Source: Octopus vulgaris (taxonomy: Eukaryota). From it: a stretch of 64,000 bases of DNA. The notes beneath the pieces are model-generated. The model saw only the letters and a program-made list of their open reading frames with translations. It had not been told where the DNA came from and ran no database searches. Within the stretch, counting starts at the first letter, position 1. Each line of letters opens with the position of its first letter. The stretch covers positions 15,438,001-15,502,000 of the forward strand of contig OX597833.1 of assembly GCA_951406725.2 (NCBI GenBank). The letters run 5' to 3'. This document shows, in pieces, positions 50,296 to 63,387 of this stretch. A program made the translations under genes and the position numbers.

Positions 50296-51044
50296 AGAAT
50301 TGCAAACATGGCATATAAAGATAACTTATTTTCATAGAATTTTTATCAATACATTTCCGTAAATATTTTTTTGCACACTACTACTCCCCCCACAGTCACA
50401 CACACCTTCACGCGGATAAACATGGACGAAGTTCCGTGAAGATTTTCTTTTTTTTTTGTATGAAGGACACAAAGATATTGAATATCGTACTTGCTTCTAT
50501 CAGGACCGTTTACCTTTAAAGCGAGAAAGTAAATTCGACTTATACGACAGATATGTAAAACATGTCTGTGTACTTTCTCTGTTCATTCGCATGCGCACAC
50601 ACAAACATAGAAGCTGTTTACTTTCACTTTTAGAATACGGAATGAGGTGGTGAATCAATTTTGGAGTATTTTCATAGAAAATTTGAAATTAATTTTGTTT
50701 CCATATTCTTAATCTCCATATTTTAACCTGTAGATTGAAAAAAATAATTCGAAAGAAAGTTAAAATTTCAAAAAATTGAGGTAGGTAGTGGGATTTTAAA
50801 ATTTTGAAAACAAGGTTTTTGGCATATTTGGAATCTGCGTCATCGAAAACTTAGGAATCCGCTGAAAATATGTAAGTAAAAACCGATTTTTCCTTGCGGA
50901 TGTAGTTGTAAACAACCAAAAATTCATTCCATTCCAAGGATGAGATTAACAGAGTAAAAAAAGTTATAATCTTTAAAAAAGACTGTCATTATACAAAGCC
51001 AAAAACAAATGCAGGGCCGTCTTAGTAGACTTATAGAGCCATTG

Positions 51045-51460
51045 TTAATGCGCATAGCTTAGTATTTAGGGGTATTCGACTCAGGATGGCAAGGTGGTGA
51101 GTTCGATTCCAACCGGTGCGTTGTGTCCTTGTGCAAGACACTTTATTTCACGTTGCTTCAGTCCACTCAAAACAATAGAATAAGTACTAGACTCACAAAG
51201 AATAAGTCCTGGAATCGATTTGTTCGATTACAGACGATGCTCCAGTATGGCTGCAGTCAAATAACTGAAAAAGTGAGCTGTACCTGTATTTCACTCGGCC
51301 AGTCACATCACATTCTGTGTCACGCTGAATCTCCTTGAGAAATATGCTAATGGTACACGTGTCTGTACAGTGCTCAGCCACTTGCATTTTAATATAACGA
51401 ACAGGCTGTTCCGTAGATCGGGTCAACTGGAATCCTTATCGTTGCAACCGACGGAGAGCC
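51045..51460 (+). mobile_element. Mosaic SINE (B-like head, A-type tail piece, C-type tail)
   Basis: GAGTTCGATTCC...CACTTTATTTCACGTTGC, then AGAATAAGTACTAG...AAGAATAAGTCCTGG, then CTGTGTCACGCTGAATCTCC...CGACGGAG. Confidence 0.65.
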
Positions 51461-52635
51461 ACTTTTTTGTCTTTTTCTTTTATAGAGCCATGGGCAAATC
51501 AATGCATTAAGCGCTTTAGTATTTATTGACATCAAGCCACGCCATTCATAACTACGTGTCACCCCCACTAGGCAAATGTCCAGTATGTCCATGTTTTAAG
51601 ATGGCATTGTACAAATATTAGACTAGTTTTCAAAGACACTCCTTCAAAATGACAGCGGCCATAATAGTTCTTTTAACTTTGTAAAAACTAATAAGTCCTC
51701 AAGTTTGGTGGTTACAAACTAGATCCTTCTGAAATATGGGACGGTTGACTTCAGAAGTAGATGAAAAGGTGAAAAGTGGGAAATGGACAGAATGCCAAGA
51801 ATTCTAGAAATAAAAGGAAGATAGAAGTTGCATTCAGGAACTGGGGTTGATGGTTAAAGAAATATTTAACAAGATTTTGGAATGTGCTGAGAATACTTGA
51901 GAAACGCACTGCACTATCCAGATTATGAAGATGGTTTATAAGAACCAGTAAAGAGATAAGGGGCAGGTAAAAGTCAACCCATCCACGACACACTGGAAAC
52001 TTTGTAAATATAGAAGTATTAAATGAAGAACATTTGTTCCTTGTAGACGGCCTAAGTGAATGAGTGATCAAGGGGTTCGACCAGGCCATTTAAACAGGAT
52101 TTCATGCAGAGCTGTATGCTTAAAAAGTTTGCTTTGCAACTGTGGTTTCAGGTTCAATTTTACTGTACAATACTTTATATAAACACGAAGACCGTACACC
52201 GTTCGCCTTATCTATGTTCGACATGCAGTCCTTCCCTGAATAGCGAGTGATTTACTCACTGCCTACACTTTAGTAATGACAAACATATTACTGAAAAATG
52301 TGGCTGCAGTGACACAAGAAGTACTTAAAAAGGTAGACTGTGACTAGGTTTACATAGATTTGTTCTACAGAGAGGAAAATGTGAGCACGTTGTTTAAGCT
52401 GCACCAAGAGCTGTTACTTTGCTAAGAAATCTATGTTTTTATCACCGATTTCCCACAACAGTTCTAGAAGCGAGCAACAGGAGCGCGTTCACCTCAGGTA
52501 GTAACAATAAGCAACAGTAGATATCATAATGAAACGAAAATTATAGATGCAGAAGTGGCATCGGTAATTTTAACGGGGCTACCGATTCATATATCCACAC
52601 GAAGACTGTGGGCAAACAATGGGAATGTCAATTTA

Positions 52636-52777
52636 GGCGCAGGAGTGGCGGTGTGGTAAGTAGCTTGCTTAGCAACCACATGGTTCCGGGTTCAGTCCCA
52701 CTGCGTAGCACCTTGGGCAAGTGTCTACTATAGCCTCTGGTCGACCAAAGCCTTGTGCGTGGATTTGGTAGACCGTC

Positions 52778-52826
<49 letters not shown>

Positions 52827-53045
52827 TGTATATGTTTGTGTGTCTGTGTTTGTCCCCCTCCCAACATCGCTTGACAACCGACACTGGTGTGTTTATGTCC
52901 TCGTCTCTTAGCGGTTCGGCAAAAGAAACCGATAGATAAAGTACTAGGCTTACAAAGAATAAGTCCAGGAATCGATTTGCTCGACTAAAGGCGGTGCTCC
53001 AGCATGGCCGCAGTCAAATGACTGAAGCAAAAAGGAAAGAAAAGA
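52636..53045 (+). mobile_element. SINE family A
   Basis: Homologous to 1962-2376. Confidence 0.85.
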
Positions 53046-53394
53046 ATTACATTGGAACGGTAACTTTAGAAGATAAAACCAACTGTGCTTTCATCTGCTT
53101 GAATTCAGATCATGTAAAAAAAATTAATAATCGAAGTGTTATCATCTCCACAGGCGATAACATTAATATTGTCAGCCATATTTTACCTGAGCTGCACTAC
53201 GATATAATTGACATAGAACTATCGATATTGCTTCTTGGACTCACCTTGGCAATGAAGATAATCTACACAGACATGGCATTAAGAAAAGCAACCTGGGAAG
53301 CTTAATCCATAAGAGGAATTTCAGACTGAATTATAAGACGTACAAATCTGACCGCTGTACTAATAGTTCTAAAAAATTCGTTTTGTAGAATCGA

Positions 53395-53960
53395 AGGCAG
53401 TAAGCTGGCAGAATCGTTAGCACGCCGGGCGATTTGCTTAGCGGTATTTCGTCTGCCGGTACGTTGTGAGTTCAAATTCCGCCGAGGTCGACATTGCCTT
53501 TCATCGTTTCGGGGTCGATAAATTAAGTACCAGTTACGCACTGGAGTCGATGTAATTGATTTAATCCCTTTGTCTTTCCTTGTTTGTCCCCTCTGTGCTT
53601 AGCCCCTTGTGGGTAGTAAAGATTTAGGTATTTCGTCTGCCGCAACGTTCTGAGTTCAAATTCCGCCGAGATTGACTTTGCCTTTCATCCTTTCGGAGTC
53701 GATTATATAAGTACCAGTTACGCACTGAGGTCGATATAATGCACTTAATCGTTTGTCTGTCCTTGTTTGTCCCTTCCGTGTTTAGCCCCTTGTGGGTAGT
53801 AAAGAAATAGGTATTTCGTCTGCCGTTACGTTCCGAGTTCAAATTCCGCCGTCGTCGACTTTGCCTTTCATCCTTTCGGGGTCGATAAAATAAGTACCAG
53901 TTGCGTACTGGGGTCGTTCTAATCGACTGTTCACCTACCCAAAAATGTCGGGCCTGTGCC
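53395..53960 (+). mobile_element. SINE family D with three tandem ~185-bp internal units
   Basis: GGTATTTCGTCTGCCG recurs at ~53443, ~53627 and ~53810. Confidence 0.85.
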
Positions 53961-55445
53961 TAAAAATTGTTTGCGCCATTTGTTTCTGGCTTTACGCCTT
54001 ACGTTCAAATGCCGCCAAGGTACACTTGGCTGTTCATCCCCTGAAGATTGATAAAATAATTACCAGTTGAGCACTCGAATCGATGAAATAAACGTACCAC
54101 TAGAATTGCTTTGATGCCTTTGTATCAAAAATTTAAGCCATTATTTCTTTTGTATCTCTTTGATTATGTGGAAATAAGTCTTTTGGAAAAGTTTTAGATA
54201 TTATTTGACCGAATATGCAATTTTTAATGATCATATAACTACAGACTGGCTTTGCCTTTTTGTACTAATACAGTATATTTCTGTAACACGATTATTCTTC
54301 GCTTCAAATACTCCGCATTCTCTCATCTCTCTTCATTGATTCTTTTGCTCGCATATTTTTTCATTAAAAATGTCTTTTATCTTTGTGAGCAATTAATTTG
54401 TTGAACACCTCACTTTACTGCGCTTAACCTGTTCAGCGGTTTCCATGTTTTAATTTAACGTTCTTGTTTTTCCATGTTGATGAGTTTTCTGTCCAGTTCT
54501 TCTATTTCAATCTTTGCATTCACTCGAAGGACAGCTAAATTACAATGGGAAGACATCTAAGCCATAGAATAAAGCATTTACGGTCAGTGGCCCTCGGCAA
54601 ATGTTAAAATTATCTGCTAGGGGCCATTGACCTTTTGTGCATCTTAAAGCCGAAATAACAATAAAGGCTACAGGAAAAAATATATATATAAATTAAATAT
54701 TTTAACAATAAAAATAGCACAAACTACATTGACATACAAAGGAGTGCTTTACACAAGACTGTTGTTGTAAACTACTCATTAAAAACGTCTGAATGATAAA
54801 ATTATGTGGTATCTGTTCAAATATTTCTTATGAAAGTTTAGAAGTGCTTTAATTATTTTATTTCCTCGGTGTTTATTCTTGCTTTCCATTCTATAATGAA
54901 GTTATAGTTTTAATCTTCTTCCATTCTGTATTCCAGTTTCCATTTTAATTACTAATCTTTAAGTTGTTGCACACACAGCTGCGAAGACAATGTTACTTTC
55001 ATTCCATTACTAACTTAGATTTCGGAATTATTTAAACTAATATCATTTTACCATGACTTAACTGACTTGGCCAAGATTTGTTTATTGAATTAACAGTAAT
55101 CTACATTCCACCACAGAATTGAATGTCCTTATCGATTTTTAGTCTCCTGCAGTAAAATTTATTTTCTTTACACTCTAAATGTGTTTCATTTTCATGGACA
55201 ACCCGATACTATGTTTTAAGAGTTTGCTATTTCTAACAATTAAATATCGTTTATTGTTAACAGTTGGCTTCTCCATTAATATTGCTGCTGACTATCCCAC
55301 GGCATGTGATATAAATAGGATTTAATCATGGTCTTCTTTCCAGCTGAATTCTGATCTACTAGATAACAGATCAAAGACAGTCTCTCTATGACTATCCCAT
55401 CTTTAGTTGTGTATCTAATACTCGCAAATACACAGTATATTTTAA

Positions 55446-55871
55446 GGATCTTCTCGGTTTGAACGGCAGTTTTTAACATAATTTCTGGGTAACTAAAATA
55501 TTTTAAACTTCGTATACTGGTAGAATGTGTTTATAAAACATCTTTTCTCTTGGCTTTATTGAGAAAATTCTATAGTTTGTAAGATATTTATTGTTTTGTT
55601 CTTCAATTTCTGCAATTTCAACCAATCACTGACGTCTATTTAGGTAAACAACATTCTGTGCCGTATGAATATGTCCCTCGTTTAAGAAACAGATTGGGTT
55701 TATTTACATTTCTGAAGAAAAAAAGATACCCTTTCATCCCAATTCTAACCCTAACCAACCCTAACCCCAAAACAGATTGAAATGCAATAGATCGATACTA
55801 GGGTCATAATTATGGGTGACAATTTCATATGACACCGCTAGTAAAAACTGCCGTTCAAACCGAAAAGATCC
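55446..55871. mobile_element. Merlin-like MITE copy 3
   Basis: Same TIR. Perfect TSD TATTTTAA. Confidence 0.9.
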
Positions 55872-56944
55872 TATTTTAAACCTCTTTAAGGAGATCAGGT
55901 GTAATTTACAGAAGGTATGTTTGCTACTGCTACAAGGTTAAGGAAACATTCAGAGATTCACTCGTTAGATTACAATAATATCCGGTGATGGATCTTACTG
56001 CTGACATTGATGAATGGAAACTTCGTATTATATTTGATATAATAAGAGATGCAAATTGAAAGATATTAAGATATCACACTACCATATTAAAAACACACCG
56101 AGCTTATTGCTCAAATCCACAAGACGTTACTGCTTTTGGCGTAGTGAATTAATCTATAAATAAATACTAAAATAGCAGAATTCCACGAAGAGAGTGAAGT
56201 TCTGGATCGGAAGATGGGAATAAAAATTCTTCTAATTATGGAACAAATTACTTTCCGTGAAAACGAGCTCTAACTTTTCGGGGAAAAAATCTTCTCCATT
56301 TTTCATTTCTCCAACGATATTTTTCGCCATAAACGAAAAGATTTGTTTCATCTTCGCGATAGAAAACTTTTCCAGCTGATTTTGTTATATGCACAAAGAG
56401 CAACTCTAATCAAAATGAATTCTTAAATGAAAACAAAGCATCCGACAGGTGTTTCTCTAAAATTAAATCATGTGGTCCTGAATATACCTGAAAGATCTTG
56501 AATTTTGCAACTGGACTTTAAACAACAATGGTAATCTATTGTTAATTTTAGACTCGATTTGACTAGATTCCTAACGAAAATAACCGAAATTAATGGGGTT
56601 TCCTTGGCATTATGCTTCCAAGTAAAATACAGGTTTCGTGCACTTTCCTGTCGTAGACAATACATAGGTGTTTCACAAATTCTTGATGCACAACCTGGAC
56701 AGATGGTTTGTTATAATGAAGAAATGTCTGGTCAGTATATTATGTCAAACATCAAACCCATAATGCATGTACAGGTTCGCGCTGTGCCCCACATCAGATG
56801 TGGAAGGGCTCAAGAACATATCGCATAGCCTGGTCCAAGAATTGCAATCACGGTCTTGCAATCGTAAGTGAAACAGTTTAACTGCTAGGCCACGCGCCCT
56901 CACAAAATTTATCCATTACATTTAACAATATTAACTACATTTAA

Positions 56945-58110
56945 GGCAGAAACGTTAGCGCGCCGGGCGAAATGCGTAGCCGTATTTCGTCTGCCGTTAC
57001 GTTCTGAGTTCAAATTCCGCCGGGGTCGACTTTGCCTTTCATCCTTTCGGGGTCGATAAATTAAGTACCAGTTACACACTGGGGGCGATATAATCGACTT
57101 AATATGTTTGTCTGTCCTTGATTGTCCCCTCTGTGTTTAGACTCTTGTGGGTAGTAAAGAAATTAATATTAATTACATTTTCAAGGGCGCGAGCTGGCAG
57201 AATCGCTAGCTCCCCGAATAAAATGCTTAGCAACATTTCGTCAGTCTTTACGTTCTGAGTTCAAATTCCGCCGAGGTCGACGATTCCTTTCATATTTTCG
57301 GGGTTCGTGAAATAAGTACCAGCTTATCACTGGGGTCGATGTAATTCACTTACTCCCACCATCGAACACAGTGGCCTTGAGCTAAAAATTGAAACCAAAT
57401 TTAACTGTATTTTCAAGGCGACAAACAGACAGAATCGTCCGTCTTTACGTTTTGAGTTCAAATTCTATTGCGGCCACTTTGCCTTTCATCCTTAGGGGTC
57501 GATAAAATTAGTAACTTTGGGGTCGAACTTGCTAGCCTTGATCCAAAATTCGAAACCAGTATTACTACACAGCCGTGCCCTCACCGATATCTATTCGATC
57601 ATTACAGTTAATAATGTTAACTATATTTTCAAGGTGTGGAGGCGCGTGGCTTAGTGGTTAGGGTGTCAGCACCATGATCGTAAGATTGTGGATTCGATTC
57701 CTGGACCGGGCGACGCGTTGTGTTCTTGAGCAAAACACTTCATTTCACGTTGCTCCAGTCCACTCATCTGGCAAAAATGAATAACGTTGCGATGGACTAG
57801 AGTCCCGTGCAGCCGGGGAAGACATACGCCATAGAAACCGGGAAACCGGGACCATGAGCCTGGCTACGCTTTAAAAGGGCACATTTATTATTTATATTTT
57901 CAAGGTGGCGAACTGGTAGAATCGTTAGGACTATGAATAAAATGTTAAGCAGCATTTCGTCTATCCCCTACGCTCTCAGTTAAAATACTGCCGAGTTCGA
58001 CTTTGATTTATTTCGGGGTCGAGGAAATAAGTACCTCTTGAACATTGCGGTCGATGTAATCGTCTAACACGCTCGAAATTTCTGGCGTTGACCCCAAATT
58101 TAAAACCAAT
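56945..58110 (+). mobile_element. Cluster of four SINE family D copies
   Basis: Heads at ~56945, ~57185, ~57415 and ~57903. Confidence 0.75.
57637..57892 (+). mobile_element. SINE family B with 15-bp TSD
   Basis: TATATTTTCAAGGTG at 57622-57636 and 57893-57907. Confidence 0.88.
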
Positions 58111-58307
58111 AGTAAGTATATTTTCACAAGTTATTTGCAATAAATGTTAGATTACAAGTGAGTGTTATCTGCTAGAGAATGCCATCAGAACCGGGATTAA
58201 TATACCGCATCCGATGAACGTCCACAGTAAGTGCTAAGAACATGCGATGAAAATCCGTGGAAACTTCTCATGCATTTCCAATATATTCTTTTTAATTCGT
58301 TTATATA

Positions 58308-58874
58308 TTAGGTTGTCCGGAAAGTTCGTGCCGATTTATAGTAGCTTACATTTCAACTTATTTTAGAACATGGTTGAGTCCGTAAAATAGCATTTGACTA
58401 CACCCCCATTTAGAGCACAGTTTAAGCTCTCTTTTCGTGGAAGAAGGTTTATGTTCCTATAACCTGTGTTAATTCTGTAACCCTTTAACATGGAAGATAA
58501 GAAACTTCATTTTCGGCATTTGATGCTTTGGGAACCAAGACAAAAATTACTGCAGCTCGGCCTGGATGTGTTACCCCACCCTCTATTTTCACCAGATATT
58601 GCTCCTTCGGATTTCCACTTATTCAGGACTCTGCAGAATAGTATTAATGGTAAAAATTTCAATTCCTTGGATGACGTAAAAAGATACCTTGATGAATTCT
58701 TTGCCATGAAACCACCTCAATTCTAGGAAGAGGGTATTTTCAAGTTGAAGGAACGATGGAGATGCAGTGTGCATCAAAATGGTTCATATTTCGTTGATTA
58801 AAAATATAATGACAAGTATTTATTGGCCATTTCCTTTCCTTTAAAAATCGGCACGAACTTTCCGGACAACCCAA
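58308..58874 (+). mobile_element. Internally deleted mariner with both TIRs and TA TSD
   Basis: TA|TTAGGTTGTCCGGAAAGTTCGTGCCGATTT...AAATCGGCACGAACTTTCCGGACAACCCAA|TA. ORF 58490-58726 fuses the N-terminus MEDKKLHFRH to LPHPLFSPDIAPSDFHLFR. Confidence 0.92.
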
Positions 58875-59814
58875 TATTTATATCGCGTCTTCGGTCTCGT
58901 AAATCACACCCTTTATTGAAAATTATTAATTCTTCTACATTTTCATTTCGTGATATTGCAAATTTTACAACCACAGTAACAACAACAACAACAACTACTA
59001 CTAATACCAATAGTGCTGCTACTACTACTAATACTAGTACTACTACTTCTACCGTTACTACCACCACTGCTGCTGCTGTAAGAATCAGTCTCCTTGACAA
59101 GTTGATGTGTTGATACTTGAAAAGGAAACAAGTAGATATATTTGATATTACTAATGCGAAAATGAAATACGTTAGATGAAATACGATTGCAATTAAATTA
59201 TAACAAAATTATATGGATCTTACATTAAGAGAGAAAAATAAAACACTTGTGATGGAGATGTTATCAACTAAAGCGTATTTTATAGTACGTGTAGATTCAT
59301 ATTGCCAAAGGAAAATTAATTCAGATTCTCTAATGTGGATTGCGTTTAATATTACATATACACTTACACATTCAAGCAAATATCATCAAATTCCTTGAAA
59401 TTATTAATGCGGTGTACATTGTTATTAACGGAAAGGAGATACTCTCTTGCTTTAAGTTGAGTCATTTTCTTGGTATTTCGTAGTTATTAATGGTGTATTT
59501 ACATGAGGAAAAGCAGTGCAATGGCACCTTTCGGTGGCTCAGAGATGTTGTTTTCTTGTTTTATTCTTTCATTTGTTTCAGGTACTGAGCAGTGACCATA
59601 CTGGAGCTCCACATCCAGAGATTGGTTTAAAGAAATAGAGCCCAGTGCTGTTATTCTAACTGCTTCTGTTGCCGGACAATTTAGCGATGGAGAGTAAAAA
59701 AAGAAAAACAGCGGTTGCCAAGCAGAGAGAAAACAAACACAATGAAACACAGACACACACACACGCACATACACACACACACATACAGTCCTATACGGTG
59801 TGCTTCTATAAACG

Positions 59815-60200
59815 TGGAGGCGCAATGGCCCAGTGGTTAGGGCAGCGGACTCGCGGTCGTAGGATCGCGGTTTCGATTCCCAGGCCGGGCATTGTGAGTG
59901 TTTATTGAGCGAAAACACCTAAAGCCTCACGAGGCTCCGGCAGGGGATGGTGGTGATCCCTGCTGTACTCTTTCACCACAACTTTCTCTCACTCTTTCTT
60001 CCTGCTTCTGTTGTACCTGTATTTCAAAGGGGCCAGCCTTGTCACATTCTGTGTCACGCTGAATCTCCTCGTGAACTACGTTAAGGGTACACGTGTCTGT
60101 GGAATGCTCAGCCACTTGCACATTAATTCCACGAGCAAGCTGTTCAGTTGATCGTATCAGCTGGGACTCTTATCGTCGTAACCAACGGAGTGCTCCTATA
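59815..60200 (+). mobile_element. SINE family C, full length
   Basis: Homologous to 39617-39997. Flanking repeat TATAAACG. Confidence 0.85.
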
Positions 60201-60471
60201 TTTTATAAACGCTCCGTCCACCGTCCACCAAATTCACATTACTCCGAGGTTATAGTACAAGACGCTCTCACTATCTCCATCCAGTTCGGCTGGGGAGAGG
60301 TTCAGATGTCGGGGACGCCTGCGAAAGTTCAACCGGCCCACAACACGTTGACAGACACCCACAAAGTGATCGACTGATTGGAACTGTCCAGGAGCTGGCG
60401 TCACGTGGGAGGGTCGGCGGTGCAGGTCGGTGAAGCATTCCTTTCATTAGATGCAGATGTGTGTATGTACA

Positions 60472-60517
<46 letters not shown>

Positions 60518-60660
60518 CGTATGTACATATAAGAAAGAAAATTTGGGGGTTACCGCACGAGTAAAAACAAGGAAAAATCTCAATATGCAGGAGTCTTTGA
60601 GAGTGTGAGGATTTCTGAATCCTGCGAGGTGTCAAAAATTAGTTTACATAGGTATAGGAG

Positions 60661-60822
60661 TAGGACTGGCTGTGTGGTAAGTACCTTGCTTACCAACCAC
60701 ACGGTTCCGGGTTCAGTCCCACTGCGTGGCACCTTGGACAAGTGTCTTCTACTATAGCCTCGGGCCGAGCAAAGCCTTGTGAGTGGATTTGGTTGAAGGA
60801 AACTGGAAGAAGCTCGTCGTAT
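60661..60822 (+). mobile_element. SINE family A 5' half
   Basis: GGCTGTGTGGTAAG...GGTTCAGTCCCACTGCGTGGCACCTTGG. Confidence 0.8.
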
Positions 60823-61080
60823 GTATGGGTAAGGCTAGTTTGCACTACGTAATCTTTGTGAAACACTTTACACCTAATGATATAAACTGAATTTTTTATG
60901 TGAAGTTATAATTGTAAAATATTTATTACCTCATCTAAATGTTTTTTTATGTAAACTATTTTTTTGATTCATCAAAGAGGATACACAAAGCCTCATACTT
61001 TATGAATCCTTTCAAATAAGTGAAATCGGTTAATTTGATAAATACTTTTAAAAGATTCCTACCTTTTCAGATTCTTTACC

Positions 61081-61128
<48 letters not shown>

Positions 61129-61786
61129 TAGTAACTCCCACACTTTTCTCGCCCACAAAATTCGCTCAGAAAATACTAAGATATTGATCGGCCGGTGGCT
61201 ATAATGCAAGACACCTAACTACACGGTCCCGCCATGATACCGAACCAGAAACCATGTGACTGCAAAGCTATCTTTAGCTTATTCAAATTTCCATAGTATA
61301 TCATTATGAACAGTCGACATCCTATTTCTGTTTATATCGTATAACGTTTTAGAATCTCGGTATACTCGTCACAACTTCTTTATTTTTAGTTTTAGTCTTT
61401 AATTTTTTCTCCTTTTCAAATTCCGGTAATTTTCGCAATTTATTGCCAGAAAAGGTTCGTTTCTTATTAAAATTAGCCACATTAAAGATATATCAATTTT
61501 AAGCAGGCCGTTTATTTCATTCACGTTTATATATTTAGTCTGTTTTCAGATTGACAATTAAGATTTCCAATTCGTGCGCTCAGCTAAATTGCGTATCAAC
61601 ATAAAACACTCAGAAAATGGCGCTAGTAATTCCGAAAATGTCGCCAGCTTTATGAAGATACCATATTCACTTAAGTAATATATTTACTGCATAGCAGCTG
61701 ATAATGATTGAATGCTGCCCTAATTTTTCAGTGAAAGCATTATGTAACTGATGGAATTCTGGAAATTTGACATAATTGTATCTATG

Positions 61787-61844
<58 letters not shown>

Positions 61845-61946
61845 CACATATATACACACATATATGCGTACATATATACATTTGTGGATCGATTCTTTTG
61901 GTTTCGTTTCGTTTCTTCTTCTCTAAGCTGGTTTATATATATATAT

Positions 61947-62030
61947 GGGCAAGTCTCTTCTGCTATAGCCCCGGGCCGACCAATGCCTTGTGAGTGGATT
62001 TGGTAGACGGAAACTGAAAGAAGCCTGTCG

Positions 62031-62067
<37 letters not shown>

Positions 62068-62283
62068 TTGTGTGTCTGTGTTTGTCCCCCTAGCATTGCT
62101 TGACAACCGATGCTGGTGTGTTTACGTCCCCGTAAATTAGCGGTTCGGCAAAAGAGACCGATAAAATAAGTACTGGGCTTACAAAGAATAAGTCCCGGGG
62201 TCGATTTGCTCGACTAAAGGCGGTGCTCCAGCATGGCCGCAGCCAAATGACTGAAACAAGTAAAAGAGTAAAAGAGTAAAGAG
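61947..62283 (+). mobile_element. SINE family A, 5'-truncated
   Basis: Homologous to 2040-2360 with a (GTAAAAGA)n tail. Confidence 0.85.
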
Positions 62284-62296
62284 TATATATATATAT

Positions 62297-62657
62297 ATTC
62301 TTTTATTGTTTTATCTTTTTCAGGCATTTGAATGCGGCCTTGCTAGAGCACCGCCTTTACTCGAACAAATCGACCCTAAGACTTATTCTCTGTAAGCCTA
62401 GTAATTATTCTATGGGTCTAATTTTGGTCCCTTTTTCCAAACCGCCAAAACACATCAACATCGGTTGTCAAGCGACAGTGGGGCGACAAACACTGACGCG
62501 CGCACACACACACATATATACGACGGTCTTCTTTCGGTTTCGTCTACCAATTCCACTAACAAGTCTTTGGTCCGATCGAAGTCATAGTAGAAGACACTTG
62601 CCCTACATGCTACGCAGTGGGACTGAACCCGGAGCCGTGTGGTTGAAAAACAAGCTA
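62297..62657 (-). mobile_element. SINE family A, degenerate
   Basis: GAGCACCGCCTTTA...GCAGTGGGACTGAACCCGG. Confidence 0.7.
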
Positions 62658-62732
62658 TATATATATATATATAGTACGTTTATATATTTTATAAAATGAA
62701 GCTAAACTACCAAAATGACCATTCCGAAATAT

Positions 62733-62799
<67 letters not shown>

Positions 62800-62854
62800 G
62801 ATATATATATATATATATATGAATAAAAAATGGAGTTAACGCAGGTTTAAACAA

Positions 62855-62919
<65 letters not shown>

Positions 62920-63085
62920 GATATATATATATATATAAAGAAAAAAATACAAGACTTTCTCTCTTCACAAGCGTTAAACTAATACGTCTGTTTTTCTTTA
63001 CACACACGTCTTCGTCTATTGTTTTTGTAAATTCCAACTATATATATATATATATTTATTATTATTATTAGTAGTAGTAGTAGTT

Positions 63086-63363
63086 ATGCGCCCTTTTCAA
63101 GCCTAGTTTCTATGGCGTATGTGTTCCTTTTAGCTGGGCGGGACACCAGTCCATCGCAGCGTTACTCAAGAGACAGGAAGAAAGAGTGAGAGAAAGATGG
63201 GGGTGAAAAGTACATCGGGGGTCGCCACCAACCCGTGCTTGAGCCTCGTGGAGCTTTAGGTGTTTTCACTTAATAAACACACATAACGCCCGGTCTGGGA
63301 ATCGAAACCACGATCCTCCGACCGCGAGTCCACTGCCCTAACCACTGGGCCATTGCACTTCCA
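63086..63363 (-). mobile_element. SINE with family C head and family B tail
   Basis: Same architecture as 35793-36031. Confidence 0.75.
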
Positions 63364-63387
63364 CACACACACACACACACACATATT

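Larger units (their letters stand above)
47391..50917 (+). mobile_element. Merlin (IS1595/IS1016-like) DNA transposon with long TIRs and 8-bp TSD
   Basis: Termini GGTTG...CAACC, flanked on both sides by AAAAATTC (47383-47390 and 50918-50925). Diverged inverted similarity runs ~47391-48486 (excluding the SINE insert) against 50296-50917. Transposase lies inside. Confidence 0.85.

Noticed and set aside
51750-52070. Possible decayed RTE-like LINE 3' end
   Set aside because: Only vague peptide resemblance with no diagnostic motif.
58823-59113. Thr-rich ORF
   Set aside because: It spans the mariner TIR and a (ACA)/(ACT) trinucleotide repeat.
60200-60440. GC-richer stretch that might be an exon
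   Set aside because: No recognisable domain or convincing splice-bounded frame. Probably a retroelement fragment.
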